Source of the DNA: an uncultured Candidatus Saccharibacteria bacterium
Lineage (GTDB): Bacteria; Patescibacteriota; Minisyncoccia; Phycocordibacterales; Zambryskibacteraceae
Direction of reading: 5' to 3'
Assembly (NCBI GenBank): GCA_964383705.1
Contig: CAYLHJ010000003.1
Location: forward strand, 361 to 64,360
Length of the DNA: 64,000 bases
Shown here: piece after piece, positions 1 to 7,371 of the stretch
Position numbering within the stretch: position 1 is the first letter of the stretch
Layout: each line of letters starts with the position of its first letter
The notes under the pieces: generated by a model
What the model was told of the DNA's origin: nothing
Seen by the model: the letters and a program-made list of their open reading frames with translations, nothing else
The model's database searches: none
Made by a program: the position numbers and the translations under genes

Positions 1-232
1 ATTTGGATTCCATTCGGCTTTTATTTCACCATGATTTTTCTCATAGCTACTTACAACATGAGTAAGGTGTTGCATTAGGCGCTTTGCGTGCTCTGGAGTA
101 AAAACTAATACTTGAGTATCGGCCCCAGAAGCAAGTGCTAAAAGAAAATGATCTTCACGGAAACCAGCCTTAGCATTATCACAAAATTTCTTGGAAGAGT
201 TCCTAAATAAATCTTCATTTAATAGATCCATA
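1..232 (-). CDS. Hypothetical protein, 5' part only (ATG at 232-230, runs off the window start); lies immediately downstream of lexA on the same strand
   Basis: My own minus-strand translation from the ATG at 232: MDLLNEDLFRNSSKKFCDNAKAGFREDHFLLALASGADTQVLVFTPEHAKRLMQHLTHVVSSYEKNHGEIKAEWNPN... The frame stays open to position 1. No family recognised. Confidence 0.3.
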
Positions 233-240
233 TATTTATA

Positions 241-816
241 TTAGTATTTTCTTATAACCGCCTTTACAATTGCTGCAACACGAAAGCTTTCTTTTGGATA
301 AATCGGCTTAAAAAGCTTGTTTGCTGGCTCAAGATAGACTTTCCCTGATCTATCTTTCCTGAAGTATTTCATTGTCCAACCACCATCAACTTCAGCTATA
401 ACAATATCACCAAGTCTTGGATTATCTGAACGTTCTACTAGCACATAATCCCCTTCTTCAATATGAGCATCAATCATTGATTCGCCTTTCACTTCTAAAA
501 GATAACTTTTATCTTTATTATCTACAAGAAATTCTTCTATATTAAGCGAATCAAGCTCCTCAGCCTCTACAACACTGGGAATACCAGCCTCAACCAAACC
601 TAGAAGCGGTATTTCACCAATAATTTTATTAGGAGTAATGCGACCCAATGAATCTTTAGAGACAACACCCTCTTCTACAAGCCAATTAATAAGTTTGTGA
701 ACTGAATTTTTTGACTTGAAACCTAGAATGTCCATTATTTCTTTATACCCCGGCATTCGCTTATTATCACGATAGAAAGAAATTATTTTATTCTTTTGTT
801 CTTCTTTCTTTTTCAT
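241..816 (-). CDS. lexA: LexA repressor (S24 self-cleaving SOS regulator)
   Basis: 191 aa. An N-terminal winged HTH is followed by an S24 peptidase domain with the GESM catalytic Ser motif and a downstream Lys (VKAV). The domain order is typical of LexA. Confidence 0.9.
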   Translation of the reverse strand: MKKKEEQKNKIISFYRDNKRMPGYKEIMDILGFKSKNSVHKLINWLVEEGVVSKDSLGRITPNKIIGEIPLLGLVEAGIPSVVEAEELDSLNIEEFLVDNKDKSYLLEVKGESMIDAHIEEGDYVLVERSDNPRLGDIVIAEVDGGWTMKYFRKDRSGKVYLEPANKLFKPIYPKESFRVAAIVKAVIRKY

Positions 817-817
817 A

Positions 818-1015
818 TTAGAAAATCAATGAAGCAAAGCTCCATGAACTTCGTGCTCGCGCTTTTTCACTGATGTCGTTTAACATTGAAACAAGAAGTT
901 TGTGACGCTTCGCTTCTGCCCTATACGAAGCACCCTTTATGACTTTCAAATCTATCATCTCATTTATTTCAACTAATTCTCTATTGATTGTTCTTATTAA
1001 TTTTTCTTTGCTCAT
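818..1015 (-). CDS. Small hypothetical protein (65 aa) immediately upstream of lexA, probably co-transcribed with it
   Basis: The ORF stop abuts the lexA start with a 1-nt gap. A LexA-type box lies about 50 nt upstream of its start. No recognisable domain. Confidence 0.4.
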   Translation of the reverse strand: MSKEKLIRTINRELVEINEMIDLKVIKGASYRAEAKRHKLLVSMLNDISEKARARSSWSFASLIF

Positions 1016-1063
1016 TTTAGTTTGAAATTACCTGACCGATAATTACTTATAAATTAATTATAA

Positions 1064-1079
1064 GTGAACTTTGGTTCAC
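1064..1079. promoter_or_regulatory. Putative LexA operator (Cheo/SOS box, GAAC-N4-GTTC type): GTGAACTTTGGTTCAC
   Basis: A perfect inverted repeat, GTGAAC-TTTG-GTTCAC, sits in the AT-rich leader upstream of the small ORF-lexA operon. It matches the Gram-positive LexA consensus CGAAC-N4-GTTCG in its core GAAC-N4-GTTC. Confidence 0.6.
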
Positions 1080-1225
1080 CTGCAAGAAAATTCCGAAATA
1101 AACTGGGGATAACGCGATACCTATCCCTTGATGACATAATCTTTACAAAAAACCTGTAAAGGGTATCCTCATTAGTGGAAAGATTTGTTTCTTTTTATCC
1201 ATACTAGGCCATATCGGAGGGTTCT

Positions 1226-1513
1226 ATGTCGAGACGGGCCAGAGCAAGCACCCCTCGCTCGCATCCCAACCAGATGCGCGCAAGCGCGAAAAAGAAGCTT
1301 CGGAAGAAGGAGAAGGCCCTCGAGTTAGAGCTCGAGGCAGTGAAGCTCGGGCTATCAATTCCTGAGCTTCAACAGAAGAAGTTTGTTGAAGCAATGGAAG
1401 CCGCAAGAAAGCGGAAGCTGGAAGCGGACAAGAATGGCTGGGTGCCAAGAAATAACCGGGCATCGAGACCCCCCTACTACAACTACATGGATTATTCGGG
1501 GGTTGGTTACTAA
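1226..1513 (+). CDS. GC-rich mini-cistron A: 95-aa highly basic (K/R-rich) hypothetical protein
   Basis: SD GGAGGG lies 4 nt before the ATG. The coding region is visibly GC-rich relative to its flanks, which is also why several overlapping shadow ORFs appear on both strands here. It ends at an intrinsic terminator. The protein is MSRRARASTPRSHPNQMRASAKKKLRKKEK... with a Y/N/G-rich C-terminus. Confidence 0.45.
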   Translation: MSRRARASTPRSHPNQMRASAKKKLRKKEKALELELEAVKLGLSIPELQQKKFVEAMEAARKRKLEADKNGWVPRNNRASRPPYYNYMDYSGVGY

Positions 1514-1525
1514 GCCCCAATCCTC

Positions 1526-1557
1526 AAGGCGCGACAGCATGTCGCGCCTTTGTTTTG
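1526..1557 (+). terminator. Rho-independent terminator: GGCGCGAC-agcat-GTCGCGCC followed by TTTGTTTTG
   Basis: An 8-bp GC stem with a 5-nt loop is followed by a T-tract, directly after the stop of mini-cistron A. Confidence 0.7.
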
Positions 1558-1615
1558 CGCCACTTAGTTAAATGTATTAAAATGATAGCCTGTTTAGCCA
1601 TTTATACTTAATCTG

Positions 1616-2311
1616 TTGCCTATGTCATTTATAAGAAGAAATCTGTGGGGAGTTGGCTTTGTCGTTGTTTTAGGTGGAGCATTGATTGCAATGTGGTTAG
1701 CAAATAGGAGTAATGCTACCAATTATCCAACGGGAGATACATTAAAAGAGGTGGAATTTTCAATATCCGCAGATGACAATGTTAAGGGACCCCAAAATGC
1801 AAAAGTAACTCTTGTAGAATTTTCAGACTTCCAATGCCCAGCGTGTAAAGCTTATGCTCCAGTTATTGATGAATTGCTCAGCCAATACCCAAATGATTTA
1901 AGACTTGTTTACAAACACTTTCCACTTAAGACTATACATATGAGAGCAATGAATGCGGCCCAAGCTTCAGAGGCTGCAGGCAGACAAGGAAAATTCTTTG
2001 AAATGGCAAAGATTCTTTTTGATAATCAGGACAATTGGTCACGAGTTCCTGGTATTGGGGTATTTGAGTCATATGCTGAAAATCTCGGTTTAAATATTGA
2101 ACAATTTAAAAATGATTACGGCTCAGATGAAGTTAGAGACAAAATCAATGGACAGCTCGATTATGGAATAAGCTTGAACGTTAATTCCACACCGACAATC
2201 TATCTCAATGGGAAAAAGATAGAAAATCCAGCAAGCTTCGACGCCTTCAGAGGACTCATTGAAGCGGAAATAAATAAACCTTCAGAAACTACCGTATCGA
2301 TAACCCCATAA
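1616..2311 (+). CDS. DsbA-family thiol:disulfide oxidoreductase (membrane-anchored, thioredoxin fold, CPAC active site)
   Basis: N-terminal TM helix. The FSDFQCPACKAY motif is a CxxC in a DsbA/BdbD-like context. The gene is adjacent to a VKOR homologue. Confidence 0.8.
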   Translation: MPMSFIRRNLWGVGFVVVLGGALIAMWLANRSNATNYPTGDTLKEVEFSISADDNVKGPQNAKVTLVEFSDFQCPACKAYAPVIDELLSQYPNDLRLVYKHFPLKTIHMRAMNAAQASEAAGRQGKFFEMAKILFDNQDNWSRVPGIGVFESYAENLGLNIEQFKNDYGSDEVRDKINGQLDYGISLNVNSTPTIYLNGKKIENPASFDAFRGLIEAEINKPSETTVSITP

Positions 2312-2313
2312 AA

Positions 2314-2745
2314 ATGGATATTCAAATTCCTCGATCAATAAAAATTCTGTTCTTAATCGTCGCCCTTATTGGTTTTTTTGATGCGGTATTTCTAACCGCC
2401 AATCATTACTCTGGTATCACACCACCGTGTTTTGTGGTCCAAGGTTGTGAGCAAGTTACAACAAGTAAATATTCTGAAATTTTAGGAATCCCGGTCGCGC
2501 TTTATGGGGCAATATTTTATCTCGTAGTATTTTTCACGGCAGTTTATTTTATAGAAAAAAGAAAGCTTATTGCGCTACGTTTTCTTCACTTAATCACAAC
2601 CGTTGGCGCAATATTTTCACTTTGGTTTTTATATGTCCAAGGAATTATCATCGGTGCCTGGTGTATGTATTGTCTTATTTCAGCGGGAACATCTTTTACC
2701 CTATTTATTCTTGGTTCATTGGCTATTCACAAAAAGTGGTCTTAG
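2314..2745 (+). CDS. Vitamin K epoxide reductase (VKOR) family membrane protein, the DsbB-analogue partner of DsbA
   Basis: A multi-TM protein with a loop Cys pair (PPCFVVQGC) and a CxxC in a TM helix (AWCMYC), as in bacterial VKOR. It overlaps/abuts the DsbA-like gene. Confidence 0.75.
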   Translation: MDIQIPRSIKILFLIVALIGFFDAVFLTANHYSGITPPCFVVQGCEQVTTSKYSEILGIPVALYGAIFYLVVFFTAVYFIEKRKLIALRFLHLITTVGAIFSLWFLYVQGIIIGAWCMYCLISAGTSFTLFILGSLAIHKKWS

Positions 2746-2774
2746 TGCTTATAGCAAAAAAAAATTAGCAATCA

Positions 2775-2805
2775 AAAACCCCGCATTGCGCGGGGTTTTT
2801 GATTT
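2775..2805. terminator. Bidirectional intrinsic terminator: A-tract, CCCCGC-attgc-GCGGGG, T-tract
   Basis: The hairpin is flanked by AAAAA upstream and TTTTTGATTT downstream. It lies between the convergent VKOR (+) gene and the 2810..3343 (-) gene. Confidence 0.7.
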
Positions 2806-2809
2806 AAGT

Positions 2810-3343
2810 TTATCTCTTTGTTATTTTCGCGTAACTTGCCCAACAATGAGACGAGTAGAGCCAGGGTCGTGCACCTTCCTTCTCATAGAGATATCGCGCA
2901 TACGCCATATTCCCTTCCAAAGTATAGATGTCATACCCAAGTTTCTTTGATTCCTTTAAGTGATACTTTTCATTAATCTGCATCACACCAACATCGCTTC
3001 TGTTGACCTCACCGCGAATCACTTTACCGTTTTTATCAAATTGATTAAAACGAGATTCACAACGAGCAACATCAATCAAGATTGGTAAATCAGAGAAATA
3101 TTCTGTAACCGCCTCTTTTGTTGTCAAAGTTCTAGGGTGACTTAATTCAACATCTTCTGGGGTGTTTACAACCGTTTCCGCAGTGACCTGCGTTTCTGGA
3201 AGTGAAACATCCCCTACAGTGTTGAAACCGGAAATAACAGCGAGTAAACCGATAGTCGTGAGATTTAAGATACACGTTTTTGTTATCAATAATTCTGTCG
3301 TTACCGTAAAAAAACAAAATTCCAGCTCTTCACTGGAATACAA
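2810..3343 (-). CDS. Membrane-anchored lysozyme-like / lytic transglycosylase (SLT) domain protein
   Basis: N-terminal TM helix. The C-terminal region carries CESRFNQ...GxxxxSDVGVMQIN, resembling the catalytic Glu-Ser and GLMQI motifs of SLT-domain transglycosylases. Confidence 0.5.
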   Translation of the reverse strand: MYSSEELEFCFFTVTTELLITKTCILNLTTIGLLAVISGFNTVGDVSLPETQVTAETVVNTPEDVELSHPRTLTTKEAVTEYFSDLPILIDVARCESRFNQFDKNGKVIRGEVNRSDVGVMQINEKYHLKESKKLGYDIYTLEGNMAYARYLYEKEGARPWLYSSHCWASYAKITKR

Positions 3344-3475
3344 ATATAATAGCAGGTCTAGAACTAAAAGTCAAGCTTTTTATTATGAAAATAAGTGAAA
3401 ATATGCTTATTTTAAGCCATAGTTTTAAGTAAAAGTATTATGCTATTTTTATGGGTTTTTGTCTAATTTAGACAA

Positions 3476-3661
3476 TTAAATAATCTCATTGGCATCTAGT
3501 ATTACTTGACATATACCAAAGGACATGATAGGGTATCTTCTAGATATAAATTCAAACAAATCACAGTAATCCTGTTCCTTCTCAATCAGTTTCATCAGGC
3601 CTACTTGGGTACAGCCTGAGACAATGAAACTGAAACGGCGCTGACGGGGATCTCCCACCAT
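3476..3661 (-). CDS. Small hypothetical protein (61 aa) downstream of trhO
   Basis: SD-like AAGAGGG lies 8 nt upstream of the ATG on the minus strand. There is no homology and the region is otherwise intergenic. Low confidence. Confidence 0.25.
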   Translation of the reverse strand: MVGDPRQRRFSFIVSGCTQVGLMKLIEKEQDYCDLFEFISRRYPIMSFGICQVILDANEII

Positions 3662-3737
3662 ATTAATTACCCTCTTTTGGGGAGAGAAAATTCTCTCGGG
3701 AATGTGGAAAGCCGAACCCGTGCGGTGTCACTCTTAC

Positions 3738-3770
3738 GGCGCGTTCGAATGTGGACGCGCCTTTTTTATT
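3738..3770 (+). terminator. Plus-strand-oriented intrinsic terminator hairpin: GGCGCG-N12-CGCGCC followed by TTTTTTATT
   Basis: A GC stem followed by a T-run on the plus strand. No plus-strand gene ends here; the T-run overlaps the trhO stop on the opposite strand. This may terminate an unannotated plus-strand transcript. Confidence 0.5.
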
Positions 3771-4653
3771 GAATATTCACCAAATTCCTACAATCTTCCC
3801 CGCAAAATCCGTCTTTTTCAGCCTTGCAAGCATCACAAATAAGAAAATGGCGGTTGCATTCCGGTCTTTTGCAATTTACATATTGCTCGGTCTGGCTCCC
3901 ACACATATCACATTCCCCTACTACTGTATGACTATCTTTGTCATAATCGGTAACAATTCTATTATCAAATACATATAATTTACCTTTAAATCCCTGATCA
4001 GGATACTTTTTCATATAAGTTACGATGCCACCATCAAGCTGGTAGACGTCTTCAAATCCCTTACTTAACAAATACCCAGAAGCTTTTTCACATCTGACAC
4101 CGCCAGTACAAACGGTAACAATTGTTTTATCTTTAAATTTTGTTTTTAAGTTCTCTGTTGCTATCGGCAAATCTCTAAAATTTTGCATTTGAGGATTAAT
4201 TGAATTTTCAAATCTGCCGACTTTGTATTCATAATCATTTCGCATATCAATCACATAGAACTCTTTCCCTTCTTTCCTCCACCCTTCAAGCTCGTCCGGA
4301 GAAATCCTTTTGCCTGTCAACTCATACGGCTTTACATCATCACTACCCAAATGTGAACTAACAATTTCATCCCGAAATTTAACTTTAAGCTTCGGGAAAG
4401 ATTTACCGTCGCTTAGATCTTTTTTGAAGATAATATCTTCAAAACCACTGTGGCTTTTTAAATCATTACAATATTTTTCTATATTCTCCTCAGTGCCCTC
4501 TAAGGTTCCATTTATCCCTTCAGATGCAACAATGACCCTACCCTTAAGAGAAAGTTTGGCGCAAATTCTTTTTTGCTCCTCAGTCAATAATTTAGGATTT
4601 TCAACCGGCGTATATTTATAATAGAGAATAATTTCGTATTTCATTTTAAACAA
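3766..4653 (-). CDS. trhO: Rhodanese-domain tRNA U34 hydroxylase TrhO (YceA/UPF0176 family) with a C-terminal Cys-rich zinc finger
   Basis: 295 aa. The rhodanese active-site loop is CTGGVRCEKA. The conserved YceA N-terminal region is present. A C-terminal CxxC...CxxC cluster is present. Confidence 0.8.
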   Translation of the reverse strand: MFKMKYEIILYYKYTPVENPKLLTEEQKRICAKLSLKGRVIVASEGINGTLEGTEENIEKYCNDLKSHSGFEDIIFKKDLSDGKSFPKLKVKFRDEIVSSHLGSDDVKPYELTGKRISPDELEGWRKEGKEFYVIDMRNDYEYKVGRFENSINPQMQNFRDLPIATENLKTKFKDKTIVTVCTGGVRCEKASGYLLSKGFEDVYQLDGGIVTYMKKYPDQGFKGKLYVFDNRIVTDYDKDSHTVVGECDMCGSQTEQYVNCKRPECNRHFLICDACKAEKDGFCGEDCRNLVNIQ

Positions 4654-5096
4654 AGTGGATCATCGCCGCACTCTTCTCTGACAGTGGAAAGAAGAACATC
4701 AAGCGTTTTTTCTAATTCTGATCTTTTTATTTTATCAATTTTTCCCAAAAGAGCTTCCGCTTTTTTTTCAACAAATATGAAAGTCTTTCCAAAAAGCTTT
4801 TGCCCCCGCTTTGTCAGATACAAATTATGTTCCTTCCGATTATTACTATTTGTAGTCAGGGCAACATAGTTCATCTTTTCAAGCACATCAATATGGCGCG
4901 ATACCGCAGCCTCTGTCGTTTCTTGAGTTCGCGCTACCTGTTTTTGAGATATACCCGGCTTGTGATTAATAATTGAAATAACGCGAAACTGAGAAAAACT
5001 AATCTCAAAATGAGAATGAAGTTCGCGATCCAGAAACTTATCAGCAAGAAACATAAACTTATGAATCTTGAGCATTGGGTTATCTTCAAAACTCAT
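4641..5096 (-). CDS. MarR-family transcriptional regulator
   Basis: 151 aa. The winged HTH (SQFRVISIIN...ISQKQVARTQETTEAAVSRHIDVLEK...YV) is typical of MarR. The gene lies upstream of an ABC efflux operon. Confidence 0.75.
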   Translation of the reverse strand: MSFEDNPMLKIHKFMFLADKFLDRELHSHFEISFSQFRVISIINHKPGISQKQVARTQETTEAAVSRHIDVLEKMNYVALTTNSNNRKEHNLYLTKRGQKLFGKTFIFVEKKAEALLGKIDKIKRSELEKTLDVLLSTVREECGDDPLCLK

Positions 5097-5116
5097 ATAA
5101 ATTTTTAAGCTAATTT

Positions 5117-6652
5117 CTACTTAAGCGTGACATTTATTGTGTCTCCTTGAGACAATCCGCTTGAAATTTCGACCATTCCATCGCTACCCACTAGGCCGGT
5201 TGTAACCGTCACTTCCTCAACCTCACCGTTATCTAGAACTTTCTGCACATAAGATTTTCCATCTCTTACTGTTATTGCGTACTGTGGAACAGAAAGAACA
5301 TTTTCCTTTGAAGCTGACTTTATCCTCAAGTTTGCCGTTAAACCACTCTTTAATCCTATAACGTCTCCGATAATTTTTATCTTAACTTTATAGTTCACTA
5401 CATCATCGACGATTGTTTCAGCTGGTTCAATGTAAAATATTTCCCCCTGATAAACAGTATCGGGGAACGCATCGAAAGTTATTGAAACAATGTTTCCAAT
5501 AGCAATCTTTCCGATATTAACTTCTGAAACATCTGCCTCAATTTCCATTTCCGCATCAGAAATAACAGAGACTAGATTCACTCCAGGAGATACAATCTCT
5601 CCAACTTCAGCATCTTGTTTGGTTACTATGCCATCTATTGGAGAACGAATGATTGTTTTTTCAAGTTGGGCGCGTACAGCATCCACTTGGGCTTGGTATT
5701 GGCCAACTCTCGCTTCTTGACTTAATACATCGTTAAACAGCAGGCTTGAGTTTTGTTGAGGCGCGGCGGTTAATTTTTCTTTTGCTGAAATTAAGTCTGA
5801 AATAGCGGTGGCAATAATTGTTCTGATATTAGAGACATCACTTTTATACTCTTCAACCGTATCTCTGTGATCTTCTATCTCAATCTCAATAGAGTTCACA
5901 GCCAAAGCAACCATGTCAATAAAATCCTTTATGCGATTTAAATTATTTTCTGCTTCAATTACATATGAATCAATATTCTGTCCAGAACTTAAAGTTTTGA
6001 GTTTAGTTAATGATTCTTTCCAAGACGTAAGAAGAAGTTCGAGTTTATATCTTTCATCATTTATCTTAACTCGAAGAGAGGTATCGACAGAAAAGATGTA
6101 TTTCCTATCGTCATCTAAAATTGAAAATTCAATACGAGTATTGCCAGCTCTCGGATTTTCAAAGAACTGATCAATTTTATTACGAAGCGCATCATCACTT
6201 TTTACATATGCATCTTCAATTTCAGCAATCATGTTTACTCTGGCGTCAGAATATTCATTTGTGCTTCCTGTTTTTATCGTAGAGAGCTTCACCATCTCCT
6301 CTCGCACGGTAGCTTCTGCTTTAGCAAGATCTGCTCGTAGCTCTGAATTATTTAAAGAGACTAAGAGTTCACCTTCTTTTACTCGAGATCCAACCGAAAC
6401 TGGAGTTGACGCTATTGTTCCCGTTTTCTCAAAACCCAAATTAACATCATGGACAGAGACCGTTTTGCCAGTAACAGCAACCTCGGCATTTACAGAACCC
6501 CGCACTACACTTATTTGCTCAATTTGACTCTTTCCGCCACGGATTATGAATATAATGGCAATAATAACGAGTAGAAGCGCCACGCTTGTTTTAGGGCGAG
6601 ATTTAACCATTCCAATTAGATTCTGTATTTTTTGTTTCATATTTTTTATCAT
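5117..6652 (-). CDS. Periplasmic adaptor / membrane-fusion (HlyD-family) protein of a tripartite ABC efflux system
   Basis: 511 aa. N-terminal TM anchor, a long coiled-coil insert, and beta-barrel/lipoyl-like motifs typical of MacA/HlyD adaptors. The gene is in an operon with ABC ATPase and FtsX-like permease genes. Confidence 0.7.
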   Translation of the reverse strand: MIKNMKQKIQNLIGMVKSRPKTSVALLLVIIAIIFIIRGGKSQIEQISVVRGSVNAEVAVTGKTVSVHDVNLGFEKTGTIASTPVSVGSRVKEGELLVSLNNSELRADLAKAEATVREEMVKLSTIKTGSTNEYSDARVNMIAEIEDAYVKSDDALRNKIDQFFENPRAGNTRIEFSILDDDRKYIFSVDTSLRVKINDERYKLELLLTSWKESLTKLKTLSSGQNIDSYVIEAENNLNRIKDFIDMVALAVNSIEIEIEDHRDTVEEYKSDVSNIRTIIATAISDLISAKEKLTAAPQQNSSLLFNDVLSQEARVGQYQAQVDAVRAQLEKTIIRSPIDGIVTKQDAEVGEIVSPGVNLVSVISDAEMEIEADVSEVNIGKIAIGNIVSITFDAFPDTVYQGEIFYIEPAETIVDDVVNYKVKIKIIGDVIGLKSGLTANLRIKSASKENVLSVPQYAITVRDGKSYVQKVLDNGEVEEVTVTTGLVGSDGMVEISSGLSQGDTINVTLK

Positions 6653-6663
6653 TTTATTATTTT

Positions 6664-7371
6664 TTATTTATTTTTTATATCAGAAATAATTTCACCATCA
6701 GATAGTGTTATCATTCGATCTGTTAATTTTGCATATTCTGGCTCATGAGTAACCATAATTATAGTCTGTCCTTCCTTATGAAGCTCAAAAAAATTCTTTA
6801 AAACCATGTCTGATGTTTCGCTATCAAGATTGGCGGTCGGCTCATCGGCAAATATAATTTTTGGTTCATGTGCAATTGCTCGAGCGATTGAAACCCTTTG
6901 CTGTTCACCCCCCGAAAGTTGAGAAGGTATATTTTCTAATCTGTGACCAAGACCAATTCGCTCAAGTGATTTTTTTGCCTTTCTGTCAGCATCGCCACGA
7001 GATAGCCCCTGCATGAGAAGTGGGACAACAACATTTTCCAAAGCATTTAAATCTGGAATGAGAGCATAATCTTGAAAAACATAACCGAGCTCTTCTAGAC
7101 GGATTTTTGTCTTTTCATCTCCAGAAAGATCAGTCACTTCTCTTCCATCGAGATAGACTTTCCCTGATGTTGGATGATCAAGCAAACCAATCTGATACAT
7201 TAGTGTTGATTTTCCTGATCCAGATTTTCCCGTAATAGCCACAAATTCTCCCGTCTTCACTTCAAAATTTACACCCCGAAGAGCGAAGATTTCTGAATCT
7301 CCGCTTTGGAATTTTTTGACAATGTTTTCTGCTTTTATCATTTTAAAATTATTTCCTACCAAGAATGGCAT
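6664..7371 (-). CDS. ABC transporter ATP-binding protein (MacB/LolD-like)
   Basis: Walker [13 protein letters not shown] signature [14 protein letters not shown], Walker B IIFADEPT and an H-loop are all present. Confidence 0.85.
   Translation of the reverse strand: MPFLVGNNFKMIKAENIVKKFQSGDSEIFALRGVNFEVKTGEFVAITGKSGSGKSTLMYQIGLLDHPTSGKVYLDGREVTDLSGDEKTKIRLEELGYVFQDYALIPDLNALENVVVPLLMQGLSRGDADRKAKKSLERIGLGHRLENIPSQLSGGEQQRVSIARAIAHEPKIIFADEPTANLDSETSDMVLKNFFELHKEGQTIIMVTHEPEYAKLTDRMITLSDGEIISDIKNK

Noticed and set aside
1224-1571. Stack of overlapping 60-100-aa ORFs on both strands (1224..1520 -, 1355..1540 -, 1383..1571 +)
   Set aside because: These are typical stop-codon-poor shadows of a GC-rich patch. 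Only the + frame at 1226 has an SD and ends at the terminator, so the others are treated as artefacts.
3738-3761. tRNA-like T-arm (TTCGAAT loop) in hairpin GGCGCGTTCGAATGTGGACGCGCC
   Set aside because: The loop is 12 nt, there is no acceptor stem or CCA, and no cloverleaf can be drawn. It is interpreted as a terminator hairpin.
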